Source: Myxococcales bacterium
GTDB taxonomy: Bacteria; Desulfobacterota; Binatia; HRBIN30
Direction of reading: 5' to 3'
DNA: 64,000 nucleotides
Assembly: GCA_037445065.1 (NCBI GenBank)
Contig: JBBILD010000001.1
Location: 96,001 to 160,000, forward strand
Shown here one piece after another: positions 39,823-49,589 of this stretch (its first letter is position 1; every line of letters starts with the position of its first letter). The translations under genes were made by a program, and so were the position numbers. The notes beneath the pieces are model-generated. The model ran no database searches. It saw nothing but the letters and a program-made list of their open reading frames with translations, and had not been told where the DNA came from.

Positions 39823-40215
39823 ATGCGCAGGATTGGGCTAGGGTTCTGGGTCTTGCTCCTTGTTGCCGGGATGTACTTGGCATCCTGGCACATGGATGCG
39901 CCGCAGGCGGAGGAGTTGCCCGGTTCACCGACCCCATCGGTCAGCGATGCTGAGTTGAACCTCTACATCACGGTGTACAAAGCAATGCAGGAGGACCATA
40001 GCCTCGAAATCGAGGCCGCCTTACGCGAACACCAAATGGACCTCGAGACCTTTCGTTCGCTCGAACGGCGGATCCAAGCCAATCCGAGACTGGTCGAAAA
40101 GGTGCGCGAAGCGCTGTTAGAATTCGCGCGTTCCCGCTCCGCGCTGGCTTTCTCGCCCGCGACTCCGACGCCGTCTGCCACACCGACCTCGCGGGCGCAA
40201 AAGAAGGCGCGATAG
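39823..40215 (+). CDS. Hypothetical exported protein (DUF4168-like) with Pro/Thr tail
   Basis: N-terminal hydrophobic segment, helical core VSDAELNLY, PATPTPSATPT tail. Confidence 0.55.
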   Translation: MRRIGLGFWVLLLVAGMYLASWHMDAPQAEELPGSPTPSVSDAELNLYITVYKAMQEDHSLEIEAALREHQMDLETFRSLERRIQANPRLVEKVREALLEFARSRSALAFSPATPTPSATPTSRAQKKAR

Positions 40216-40275
40216 TGCGACGATTGAAAGCGGTTGGTCCACGACTCGTTGCGTACAATGTAGGCAATCAAGGCG

Positions 40276-40527
40276 ATGAAGGTGGAAGTGAGTTGCCGTA
40301 AGTGCGGACGGCGCGACGCTCTCCCTCTGGGGAGCCCTGAACCTGGCCAGAGCTTGGAAGATTTTCTTCACTTGTGGGACGAGCGACTTCGCCACCAGCC
40401 CAGCTTTGGTTGCTTCGGGGGCCACTTCGAGCTGTGCGCCCCGGTGCCGAGATTTTGGACAGTGCACTGGGATACGCTCGTGGAAGAGCCCGGCTGCACA
40501 GAATCCTTGCGGCAGGACAAGCAGTAA
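40276..40527 (+). CDS. Small hypothetical protein, possible metal-binding (CxxC...CxxxH...C)
   Basis: ATG with AAGG upstream; fills an otherwise empty gap in a co-oriented run. Confidence 0.55.
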   Translation: MKVEVSCRKCGRRDALPLGSPEPGQSLEDFLHLWDERLRHQPSFGCFGGHFELCAPVPRFWTVHWDTLVEEPGCTESLRQDKQ

Positions 40528-40581
40528 GGCAGATTGAAAAACAAGCGAAGACAAAAACCCCTGCGTGAGGGAGAGAGAAGA

Positions 40582-40842
40582 ATGGCCGACGATCAACAGG
40601 ACCCGGTGGTGGTTGACCCGCATGAAGCGCTGCGCCTGATGGACGAAGCGCGCAATCGCTTGCGCACGGCAATCTGGGCCCTTCACGGCATGCACCAGGA
40701 CATGAAGGCGCTGACGGCGGACGACATCGCGGACGTCGAACAACTCCTAACCGAGATCCTTGACGCGGCACTGACGCCGGCGTACGAGTCGTTGAGCCAG
40801 ATTGTGGGCACGAGCCCGGACGGCACGGTCACCACGCACTGA
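40582..40842 (+). CDS. Small acidic helical hypothetical protein
   Basis: Purine-rich RBS (GAGGGAGAGAG) before ATG 40582; typical codon usage. Confidence 0.6.
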   Translation: MADDQQDPVVVDPHEALRLMDEARNRLRTAIWALHGMHQDMKALTADDIADVEQLLTEILDAALTPAYESLSQIVGTSPDGTVTTH

Positions 40843-40888
40843 CCTTGGTTCGCGTGCACGCAGCTGAGCGGGTTCCGGGTGGATCGTC

Positions 40889-41611
40889 GTGAGTCTGCGG
40901 GACTGGCAGCGGCTCGAACGCACAATCGTCCACTGCCGAAAGTGCCCTCGCTTAGTCCGTTACCGAGAAGAGGTTGCACGCCGCAAACGCCGCGCTTTTG
41001 CTGACTGGACGTACTGGGGAAAGCCGGTTCCGGGATTTGGCGATCGCCAGGCGAGGTTGCTCGTTGTTGGTCTTGCTCCCGCCGCCCATGGTGGAAATCG
41101 CACAGGTCGGATTTTTACAGGCGACCGGTCGGGAGACTGGCTCTTTCGTGCCTTGTTCGAATTTGGCTTCGCCAATCAGCCAACCTCGCAGCACAGGGAT
41201 GACGGACTGGAGCTACACGACGCATTCGTTACGGCGGCGGTGCGCTGCGCACCACCACAAAACAGGCCAGAACGCGAGGAGTTCCTGCGGTGCCGGCCAT
41301 ATCTCGTACACGAGTGGCAGCTACTGCCAGTGCGCGCCGTCGTGGCTCTGGGTGCGGTGGCATTCCGCTCCGTGCTCGAGGTTTGGCAGGAGACTACCGG
41401 CACCCGGTTAAAACCGTTGCCGCGCTTTGCGCATGGCGTATGCGTCCGGCTCGGTCATGTGCGTTTGTGGGGCTCATATCATCCGAGCCAGCGCAACACG
41501 CAAACGGGCTTTCTGACTCGAGCCGCCTTTCATCGCGTGTTTGGCGAGGTGCGCCAGTACCTTGAGCGCGAAGGTAAGCTCACGCAGGAAGGAGAGTCGA
41601 GAGAGTCATGA
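40889..41611 (+). CDS. Uracil-DNA glycosylase family 5 (UdgB-like, Fe-S)
   Basis: CRKCPRL, GLAPAAHGGNRTGRIFTGDRSG, RCAPP.NRP, HPSQRN. Confidence 0.92.
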   Translation: MSLRDWQRLERTIVHCRKCPRLVRYREEVARRKRRAFADWTYWGKPVPGFGDRQARLLVVGLAPAAHGGNRTGRIFTGDRSGDWLFRALFEFGFANQPTSQHRDDGLELHDAFVTAAVRCAPPQNRPEREEFLRCRPYLVHEWQLLPVRAVVALGAVAFRSVLEVWQETTGTRLKPLPRFAHGVCVRLGHVRLWGSYHPSQRNTQTGFLTRAAFHRVFGEVRQYLEREGKLTQEGESRES

Positions 41612-42624
41612 AGCGAAGGAGGTTGGGCCGCACCGGCTTGGTTGTGTCCGAGATTTGTATCGGCACGATGACGTTCGGTAACCAGGCCGATGAGAAAACG
41701 AGTTTTGCCATTCTGGAGCGGGCGTTTGACGCGGGGGTTGACTTCATTGACGTCGCCGAGGTGTATCCCGTCCCACCTGAGCGAAAATGGGCCGGGCGCA
41801 GCGAGGAGATCGTTGGTAGGTGGTTGAAAACGAAACCACGGGATGCTGTCTTCTTGGCTACCAAGGTGGCCGGGCCTGGGGGAGGATGGTTCGTAACCCC
41901 AGTGCGCGAGAACAAAGGATCTCTCGATCGTCACCATATTCGCCGCGCAGTCGAAGGCAGCTTGCGCCGTTTGGGTACCGATTACATTGATTTGTACCAA
42001 ACCCACTGGCCGGATCGCGGTGTGCCCTGGGAGGAAACGCTGGCGGCGCTGAGCGAACTCGTGGAAGAGGGGAAGGTGCGCTACGTTGGCTGCTCTAACG
42101 AAACCGCGTACGGGCTTACGAAGAGCCTCTGGGTCAGTGACGTCCACGGCTTTGTTCGTTATGAGACCATTCAAAATAACTACAGCCTGTTGCATCGCCG
42201 CTTTGAGGACGAGCTTGCCGAAGTGGGCCGCCGCGAGTCTGTGAGCCTGCTGGCGTATAGCCCGTTGGCCGGTGGCGTGCTTGCAGGCAAGTACCAAAAC
42301 GGGGCGTGGCCAGCCGGTGCACGCTTCACCTTGTACAGGGACTACAATGAGCGGACCCGCGTCATGACGCAACGCTTCGTGAATGAGCGCACCTTGGCGG
42401 CGACGGAACGATACGCGGCCATCGCGCGCGAGGCGGGTATTCCACTTCCCACCTTGGCAATCGCCTGGGTGCTGTCGCGGGACTTTGTGGGAGCCGCCAT
42501 CGTCGGCGCCACGACGCCCGAACAACTGCAAGCGACAGTCAAGGCAAGCGAAGTCACCTTGGACGAAGAGGTGCTGCGCGCTTGCGAGCAAGTCGCACGC
42601 GAGTGGCCGTATCCGATGGGCTAG
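41608..42624 (+). CDS. Aldo/keto reductase (Tas-like)
   Basis: GTMTFG, DVAEVYP, ATKV, SLRRLGTDYIDLYQTHWPD, YSPLAGG. Confidence 0.92.
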   Translation: MKRRRLGRTGLVVSEICIGTMTFGNQADEKTSFAILERAFDAGVDFIDVAEVYPVPPERKWAGRSEEIVGRWLKTKPRDAVFLATKVAGPGGGWFVTPVRENKGSLDRHHIRRAVEGSLRRLGTDYIDLYQTHWPDRGVPWEETLAALSELVEEGKVRYVGCSNETAYGLTKSLWVSDVHGFVRYETIQNNYSLLHRRFEDELAEVGRRESVSLLAYSPLAGGVLAGKYQNGAWPAGARFTLYRDYNERTRVMTQRFVNERTLAATERYAAIAREAGIPLPTLAIAWVLSRDFVGAAIVGATTPEQLQATVKASEVTLDEEVLRACEQVAREWPYPMG

Positions 42625-42647
42625 GGATGCGGGAGGAAGGCTGAGTC

Positions 42648-42896
42648 ATGGCTGATCAAGCTTTTGTCGTCCAAGAGGTGAAGTGGTACCAGTTTCGAGG
42701 CCCAGATGGCCGACCGTTCTTGGTGATGGTGGCTTCGCTACCGAACGGGTTTTACACCGCAGTGCCCTGTAAATGGGAAATGACCTTGGCTGCACATGGG
42801 CACATGGCGCTGGGGAGCTCGATCGAGGCGGCTCTGGATCAGTTGCAGGGAACCCTCGCTGGGAAGTCGATCGAGGAGATCTTTGCTTCGGAGTGA
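42648..42896 (+). CDS. Small hypothetical protein
   Basis: GGAGGA upstream, co-oriented with the AKR; no recognisable motif. Confidence 0.55.
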   Translation: MADQAFVVQEVKWYQFRGPDGRPFLVMVASLPNGFYTAVPCKWEMTLAAHGHMALGSSIEAALDQLQGTLAGKSIEEIFASE

Positions 42897-43009
42897 CAGG
42901 CGCATGGGGAGCAGATCGCAATCTGGTCGCGGTTCGCCTGCTTTCGGAGCCCTGGCTCGGCGCCGGAGTGGATCGCTCTCTGGAAGGAAAAGCAAGGCCC
43001 GCCGCGCGC

Positions 43010-45133
43010 CTATGTCGCGAGGCGGTAGCGCTTGACGAGTTGTTGCAACGTAGAACTGACTTCGACCAGACTCTGGATGGACTGCTCGATCTGCTCCACA
43101 CTCTGCAAGTTGGCGCGGCTCGCCTCATCGATTTGCCGCATGGCTTCCGTAACTTGCTCCATCTCGGCGAGTTGGCGCTGGCTGGTTTGAGTCAGATTTG
43201 CGACCGATGCGGTAGCCTCGGCTAAGCTCTGCGCTAAAGTGCGGATCGCCTCGCCAGAGTCCAAGCTTTGCTGGATGCCGGCTTCGGCAGCCTTGGTGGC
43301 ATGTTCGCTGGCTAGAATGACGTCTTGTGCGGCCTTCTGGATGTCTGCCAGAATCGTCGTGATTTGCGCGGTGGCACGCTTGGAACGGTCGGACAGGTTT
43401 TTCACCTCTTGTGCGACGACCGCGAATCCCTTGCCGTGGACCCCGGCGCGCACCGCTTCGATGCCGGCATTGACGGAAAGCAGGTCGCTCTGATCCGCTA
43501 GATCGTTGACCGTCGCAGTGATCTGGGCGATGGCGCGAGTTTGCTCCCCCAGTTGGTTGATCTTTTTGGCGATGAGTTTCATTTGCTCCCGCACATTCTC
43601 GATTCCTTTGATTGCATCCTGAACCGCCTTTTCCCCAATCTCGGAAATGGCCACAGCTTGCTCGCCCGCAGCGGCCACTTCGGCAGCCCGGCGGCTTGCA
43701 GCCTCGGATACTTGCTTCACTTCTTCCACTGTGCGGGTCGCCTCGCTGACGGCTTGGGTGGCGCGCTGCGCCTCGTTCATGAGCCGAACGAGGGCCGAGT
43801 TCACGTTGCGGTTGGTCTCTCCTAATGCGCGGATTTCTTCCTGCAGAAGGCGGAGTTCCTCTTGAAGGCTGCGCACCATCCGTGCCAAGGCGTGGCCGAG
43901 CACGTCATGTTCTGACTGAGGCTCAAAGGTAACGGCCAAGTCTCCACGGGAGATACGGTCAGCCGCTTCCGCAACGCGGCGCAGCGACTGCACCATATGT
44001 TCGAAGGCGCGTGCGAGTGCTCCAACCTCGTCACCTCGCCCGTTCGCAGACAGGTGTACGGAGAGATCGCCCATGGCGAGACGGTCGGCTGCCACCACAG
44101 CTTCCTGGAGGGGACGGTTCAAATCGCGAATGATAAAAATCGCCAGCCCGCTGACGATCACGCCGGCGAGTAGGAGCAGAGCAACGGTTACTGTTAGTTG
44201 GCGGCCGAGGGCCTGGGCGCGCGCTTCCAAAACTCCACGCAGCGCGGGAGTGGCCACTGAGTGGAGCGCGTACGCCGCATCGAGTGCTTTGGTGGAAAGT
44301 GCCCACCACTCAGCGGGAGAGATTTTTGCGTACTCGACGTTGATAAACTCCCGGTCGAGAGCCGCCAGGAACTCGTTTGCCGCCTGGGCGACCGTCTTGC
44401 GCGGTTCCTCCAGGATGTCGCGCAAGCCGGGTTGAGCCGAGTAGACGCGGTTCAAGTCAGTCTGCAGCCGGTCCGTGTAGTAGTACACGAGTGCGTATCG
44501 CCGGCTGAAGGCCTTCAACTCCTCTTCGCGGATCATCCCGCCTTGGACCGCGATGCTGAGGGCGAGGTCACGCACTTGCCCCATGATTTCGGTCAACTCG
44601 GGGACGATGACCCGAGTCGCGTCCGCTAGGTAGTAAGAGCCTGGGTCGGGATCGAAGGAGAGATGCGACGCGTCCCCGACTTGGGCCAGCAAGCTCAGCA
44701 ACTGGCGGTGAATCGCGTTTTGCTTGTCGAATAAGTCTCGTCCCAACTCCTGCCAGTGAGCCAGTAAGCCCTCGACTTCTTCACGTAGTTTGCCCCAAGG
44801 TTCGCGGATGCCCAACTGTTCTCCGAGTTTTGCATCCACGGTGTTGACGGCCTGAAGGTCCTCTTTAACTTTGGCAGCAATTTTTGCGCGTTCGGCAACG
44901 AACTCCCCCTCGCCGTGCATCAGTCCGGTGCTGAGGCCCCGGTGGATTTGCAAATCACGCAGTAGTTGTACGAGCGACTCGGAGTACTGGAGGCCGGCGA
45001 GTTCCCTGTGTGTGATCTCCGTTCCGAGAGCCCTCATGCCCGCTACTAGCCGGTAGGTGACGACGGCCAGCGGGACGAAGAGCAGCAACCCCATCAGAAT
45101 GAACTTCTGCGGGATACTGAGCCGAGCGAGCAT
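43010..45133 (-). CDS. Methyl-accepting chemotaxis protein
   Basis: Two TM segments flanking a periplasmic domain, tandem HAMP, signalling hairpin QSDLLSVNAGIEAVRAG..GKGFAVVAQEVKNLS; AGGAGG RBS before ATG 45133. Confidence 0.92.
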   Translation of the reverse strand: MLARLSIPQKFILMGLLLFVPLAVVTYRLVAGMRALGTEITHRELAGLQYSESLVQLLRDLQIHRGLSTGLMHGEGEFVAERAKIAAKVKEDLQAVNTVDAKLGEQLGIREPWGKLREEVEGLLAHWQELGRDLFDKQNAIHRQLLSLLAQVGDASHLSFDPDPGSYYLADATRVIVPELTEIMGQVRDLALSIAVQGGMIREEELKAFSRRYALVYYYTDRLQTDLNRVYSAQPGLRDILEEPRKTVAQAANEFLAALDREFINVEYAKISPAEWWALSTKALDAAYALHSVATPALRGVLEARAQALGRQLTVTVALLLLAGVIVSGLAIFIIRDLNRPLQEAVVAADRLAMGDLSVHLSANGRGDEVGALARAFEHMVQSLRRVAEAADRISRGDLAVTFEPQSEHDVLGHALARMVRSLQEELRLLQEEIRALGETNRNVNSALVRLMNEAQRATQAVSEATRTVEEVKQVSEAASRRAAEVAAAGEQAVAISEIGEKAVQDAIKGIENVREQMKLIAKKINQLGEQTRAIAQITATVNDLADQSDLLSVNAGIEAVRAGVHGKGFAVVAQEVKNLSDRSKRATAQITTILADIQKAAQDVILASEHATKAAEAGIQQSLDSGEAIRTLAQSLAEATASVANLTQTSQRQLAEMEQVTEAMRQIDEASRANLQSVEQIEQSIQSLVEVSSTLQQLVKRYRLAT

Positions 45134-45158
45134 CGGCCTGTCCTCCTGAGTAGCCGGG

Positions 45159-47177
45159 TTACTTTCCGAACCGGACGAGCGAGCCGGCGTCGAAAACCGC
45201 GGGGTCGATTTTGACGCGGCGGTCAAACGGAGATCGCGGGTCGTAGCGAGCCCCGGCGAGTGAGGCCCGTTTCATCTTGAAGTTTTCTGCCACGGCCCAA
45301 GTTTGGGTCGTTACGGGCACCGTTTCTTGTCCGTCCGGTGTGCGATGGTTGGGCAAGCCAAGCACCGCATAGGTGAGAATGTGCTCCCCATTCCAGTTGA
45401 ACTTCTGGTGGTACGCCCCTGCGAAGGTTTCGGCGTCAATCCACAGCACCAGGCGACCGTACAAGTAGTACTTGTCTCGCGGTACCGCCTCCACCAGGTA
45501 CATAGGCCGCCGTGCCAACCCGCCTTGGGGCAATGCCCAAGGCACGCCAGTCCAACCCGGGATTTCGTATCCGTAGTAACCGCTACGGTCCATCAGAGAA
45601 TCCCAGCCGCCTTCTTTGCCGGGACGAGGGACGATCCGGTTCGGGGGCAGCGATTCGGGATCGACTACACGCAGCGCCTCACGTTTCTCGAGGAGGCGCC
45701 AGCGAAACTCTTGAGGCTTCCCGTCGAACAGGTACCCGTCATCCGAGCAGATGTCCGAACCAAGGTAACCGTCGGAGCGGTTGGCAGGGCTGACGGCTCG
45801 TACTCGCCGCAACGCGGGTACGAATGCCCACTGCGAGTCGCGCACGTCCGGGTCTCGGTAACGCCAGAACAAAACCGCAGTGCCCTGTGTGTCGAGCGGA
45901 GATAAGGCCACGGCCAGGAACTGGTTTTGGAGGTTCATCGGGTTCTCCTTGCGGTACTTCGGCGCTTGCCCATCGTAAAACTCAAACCAGCCCTCCGCGC
46001 CGAGTTCTCGCTCGACCCCTTTGTAGTTCATCATGATCAGGCGTGTGCGGGTGTGAGCGTTGCCTCCGTACCAGGTGGCGAGGTAGTAATTCCAAACCAC
46101 CTTAACGCCGGCCTGTGGGTCATTCGGATCAATGTTCGGGAAAGGCAGACCATACAGATAATCGGGTTGCTTTCCGGTAGTCCGATCGATGACGGTACCC
46201 CGCTCGTCCACAGTGAGCCGGGTGGCGTTTTCCTGAGTCGCGTCAACAAAGCTTTTTTCCCAATTGGGATTGCCCAGAGGGTAGTCCACGATTTTGCTCA
46301 CGTATTCTCCCTTCTGGTAGTGCTGCCAAATCTCGGGCGGGAGCAGATCCTTCGCCAAGGGTGCTGTTGTTTGATCTAGAATCATCCCAGGCTTCAAAAC
46401 CCCCACGGCGGGAGCGGTCTCGCGCGGGCTCTCGACTTCTCGGGCAGCTGTGTGGGTAGGGGGCGGTGCGGTGGTGAACGTGGGGCTCGGTATCGAGGCG
46501 GCAGTGTGGGTAGGCTCGACAGCCCGCGGAGAGGGTTCCTCACCCGCTACTTTGCCAATCGTCTCCTGCGTTGCGGTGGGCATAGGCCGGGTTGGGGTGG
46601 GAGCTGGACGGGTTGCCGTCGGTTGAGGTGGCGCAACAACTTCGGTCGGTGAGGGAGATGGACTCACCTTGGCGACGTGCGTTTCTCTCACGCCGAAGGC
46701 CAGATTTTGGCCCCATACCCAACCTTCCTGGCCAGACGAAGTGCGTACGCGGTAGTAACCATTGCGGGGTTGCGGCTCGACCAGTGTCAGAACCATCCCT
46801 GCCTCCAACACCTCCACGACCCCCTCACGGGTGCTGGGTCCCGAGCGCAAGTTCGTCGCTTGAAGGAGCTGCGCGTTCTGGGCCTGAGCAGTGGCGCCAA
46901 GCCCAGTGATCCGGAGGTTCCGTGCCCACAGCCAGCCTTCCTCCCCCCGCTCCGTCTTTACTTTGTAATAGCCGTTTTCGAACACGAGCCCGGGGACCTC
47001 TACTCGCTCCGGTGGCGTCACTAACCGTAGAGGAGCAAGGCGCATCGAGGGCTCGGGGCGTAGATTCGAGTTCCGGCGTACCTCCGCCGTTTGTGCCGCC
47101 ACCGAACCCCAGCTCGTCATGACCGTGAGCGCCACTCCCCCGGCCGCCCAACACCAATGCACGCGTTTTCCTTTCAT
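45159..47177 (-). CDS. Exported protein: two SH3b-like repeats, Pro/Thr linker, DUF1329-like domain
   Basis: Signal peptide; repeats NLR.EPS/NLRSGPS...NGYYKV/RV...GEEGWLW/GQEGWVW; P/T-rich linker; DUF1329 motifs GLPFP, PALRRVR, YLYGRLVLWID. Confidence 0.75.
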   Translation of the reverse strand: MKGKRVHWCWAAGGVALTVMTSWGSVAAQTAEVRRNSNLRPEPSMRLAPLRLVTPPERVEVPGLVFENGYYKVKTERGEEGWLWARNLRITGLGATAQAQNAQLLQATNLRSGPSTREGVVEVLEAGMVLTLVEPQPRNGYYRVRTSSGQEGWVWGQNLAFGVRETHVAKVSPSPSPTEVVAPPQPTATRPAPTPTRPMPTATQETIGKVAGEEPSPRAVEPTHTAASIPSPTFTTAPPPTHTAAREVESPRETAPAVGVLKPGMILDQTTAPLAKDLLPPEIWQHYQKGEYVSKIVDYPLGNPNWEKSFVDATQENATRLTVDERGTVIDRTTGKQPDYLYGLPFPNIDPNDPQAGVKVVWNYYLATWYGGNAHTRTRLIMMNYKGVERELGAEGWFEFYDGQAPKYRKENPMNLQNQFLAVALSPLDTQGTAVLFWRYRDPDVRDSQWAFVPALRRVRAVSPANRSDGYLGSDICSDDGYLFDGKPQEFRWRLLEKREALRVVDPESLPPNRIVPRPGKEGGWDSLMDRSGYYGYEIPGWTGVPWALPQGGLARRPMYLVEAVPRDKYYLYGRLVLWIDAETFAGAYHQKFNWNGEHILTYAVLGLPNHRTPDGQETVPVTTQTWAVAENFKMKRASLAGARYDPRSPFDRRVKIDPAVFDAGSLVRFGK

Positions 47178-47598
47178 CTCCCTTCCCCTGAATCGAATCT
47201 ACCGTCACAGAAGTTCCGGCAGGCCGAATCTCTGCGAGCAAGGCATGGGCCAACAGGGTAGGGCTTACGGTTTTCTCAAAAACGAGACTGAGGGGCGCAA
47301 AGCGTCATTTTTGAACAGCCGCATGGCGAATTCCTGTCAGCCCCTTCGGGGAACCTGCGGGCCCAGCAGAGGGGCTGAAGGCCGCCGCTTTGAGACGGCC
47401 TCGGGAGGGCCTTCCCTAAAACCCGCGCCGGGGGCAGCGATCGCTGCCCGAGCTCTGCCGCTGTCGGAACCCAAACCCTCCGCCCGTGTGCGGGATGGGG
47501 TTTCTCACTCCCCTTGCGGGAGAGCTTGGCCTTGCGTAACTGCTAGCGCTCTGTTGGCGCTTACGAGCGGGCTGGCTCTCAGCGTGAGGAGGATAGTG

Positions 47599-48153
47599 AT
47601 GACGAAGGGGAGGCTTACGTTGTGGGCAGTGGCTGGGTTTTGCGCGGTTGCAAGCGTCTTGCTGTGGGGTCGGGCCGTCACTGCGGAAGCTGGACTAGCC
47701 GCACTCGATGCGGAATATGGTTTTCGTGGGGTCAGCTTTGGGGACGATGTCAGCAGCGTGAAGGGCTTAAAAAAGGTAGGTGAGCGCGGCGAGTGTGAAA
47801 TTGCCTACCAGCGGCCTTCCGACAAGCTCGACTTCGAAGGCGTCCCTTTGACCGGCATCGAGTACTCTTTCCAGAACGATCGCTTCACCCTGGTGTCCCT
47901 ACTTGCGCAGCCGCAGCACTGTGTGCGCTTGTACCACGCGCTGCGGGCAAAGTATGGCGAGGATATGACCAAACTGGGCGAGCAGGGCCTGCAGAAGCCA
48001 TTCTGGACCGCTACGTGGCAAAGCAAGCGGGTACGCATTGACCTCACCGGCCCGGTCGGCTGCATTGCCACAATTAGCGCCCCGGAAGAGGCGATCCTGG
48101 AAGAGCGGCGATGTCGGGAGGACGACCGGGTCAAAGCGGGACCAGGCCACTGA
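47599..48153 (+). CDS. Hypothetical exported protein
   Basis: GAGGAGG RBS, signal peptide ending A-x-A, YGFRGVSFG motif. The upstream part of ORF 47119 is judged non-coding. Confidence 0.65.
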   Translation: MTKGRLTLWAVAGFCAVASVLLWGRAVTAEAGLAALDAEYGFRGVSFGDDVSSVKGLKKVGERGECEIAYQRPSDKLDFEGVPLTGIEYSFQNDRFTLVSLLAQPQHCVRLYHALRAKYGEDMTKLGEQGLQKPFWTATWQSKRVRIDLTGPVGCIATISAPEEAILEERRCREDDRVKAGPGH

Positions 48154-48224
48154 AGGTTCCGCGCCGTGTGGACCGTGGGTGTCGGCGGGGCTTGTTCGAA
48201 GCCGACAGACTTGTTTGCGACCGT

Positions 48225-49463
48225 TCAGAGCCCCCGGTGGAGGCGTACTGGATAGGTCCCCAGCACGCGAAATAAGGAGCGGCCCCACACCGTCTCCTCG
48301 CTCAAGGGCTCGATCCGGGCGAAGCGGCGGGCAAGTCCGCCGATGGCCTCCTGAGCCTCCATGCGTGCTAAGTGCGCGCCGAGACAAAAGTGGACGCCAC
48401 CCCCGAAGGCCAAATGGTCGTTGTCCTCGCGGCGGATGTTGAACTTGTCCGGTTCTGGGAACTGCTCAGGGTCGCGATTGGCGGCGGCTAGGAAGCACAT
48501 CACCGGGGTGTCCTCGGGGATCGCCGTGTCGCCGAAAGCGGTGTCTTGGCGGGTGACCCGCATGGTCAGCACGATGGGACCATCGTAGCGCAAACATTCC
48601 TCGACCGCGTTCTCGATCAGGTGTGGCTCTGCACGCAGCAACTGCCATTGCTCGGGGTGCCGAACGAACGCACGCACGCCATTGCCAATCAGACCGATGG
48701 TGGTTTCGAACCCGGCAATGAGTAGCCCGATCGCCTGCGCCAGGAGTTCACTTTCCGACAGGCGGTCGCCCTCTTCCTCGGCTCGGATCAAGTCGCTCAA
48801 GATATCGTCCCGCAAGTTTTTCCGGCGCTCAGCGATGAGGGCGCGAAAGTATTCGGCAAGCTGGAGTGCAGCTTCTAAGCTTCGTTGCAGTTGATCGGAA
48901 CTCAGCATCGCAGCGGCGAGCAGATGGGTCGCAAGCGCAGTCCACTCGGTGAACATGGGCCGGTCACTCAGCGGCACACCCATCATTTCGCAAATCACAG
49001 TTGAGGGAACCGGCAGGGCGAGGTCGGCAATCACGTCCATCTCCCCGCGGCGCGCAGCCTCGTCGAGAAGTTCGTCCACGAGCGCTCGCACCCGTCCGCG
49101 CAATTGCGCCACCGCTCTCGGGCGGAACGCTTGATTCATGAGTTTACGGATGCGCGTGTGGTCCGGAGGATCCAGGCGCAGTACGAATTGGCCCGGCCCG
49201 CCAGGGCCCGGTTGCAGGTCGGGCAGAGATCCATACACGGTGCCGTCTTTCCGCCGGACGCCCGAAGGGACCTCCTTGAGCATCCGCACCACGTCCCGGT
49301 ACCGAGTGAGTCGGTAAGTTCCCTCAGGAGTGGCGTGGACCGGCGCGTAGGTTCGCAGACGCGCGAGAAATGGGTAAGGATCGTCGCGAAACGCGGGGTC
49401 GGCGACGTGTACGCCAAGGTACGGGTCGGTTCGCCAATCTTCGCTTTGCACGGTGGCTTCCAT
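48225..49463 (-). CDS. Cytochrome P450
   Basis: DPPDHTRIR, I-helix AGFETT, ExxR (EECLR), heme ligand FGGGVHFCLG. Confidence 0.95.
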   Translation of the reverse strand: MEATVQSEDWRTDPYLGVHVADPAFRDDPYPFLARLRTYAPVHATPEGTYRLTRYRDVVRMLKEVPSGVRRKDGTVYGSLPDLQPGPGGPGQFVLRLDPPDHTRIRKLMNQAFRPRAVAQLRGRVRALVDELLDEAARRGEMDVIADLALPVPSTVICEMMGVPLSDRPMFTEWTALATHLLAAAMLSSDQLQRSLEAALQLAEYFRALIAERRKNLRDDILSDLIRAEEEGDRLSESELLAQAIGLLIAGFETTIGLIGNGVRAFVRHPEQWQLLRAEPHLIENAVEECLRYDGPIVLTMRVTRQDTAFGDTAIPEDTPVMCFLAAANRDPEQFPEPDKFNIRREDNDHLAFGGGVHFCLGAHLARMEAQEAIGGLARRFARIEPLSEETVWGRSLFRVLGTYPVRLHRGL

Positions 49464-49589
49464 CGCTTGGGTGCCCTCTTGAAAGCAGCCGTACTGCGAC
49501 ACGGGATTTATGGCAACCACGGCCTAACCAGGCCACGCGGGGGGAAGCCGCTGGATCGCCGACCGCGTACCCTGCTCGGTGTGGGCCGG

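Noticed and set aside
47260..47330. GGGGCGCAAAGC resembling the c-di-GMP-I riboswitch core
   Set aside because: The upstream GGCAAAC/GAAA tetraloop elements and the P3 stem could not be found, so this is a partial match only.
47119..47598. N-terminal 160 aa of ORF 47119..48153
   Set aside because: It overlaps the opposite-strand gene start, and a strong RBS plus signal peptide begin at 47596/47599.
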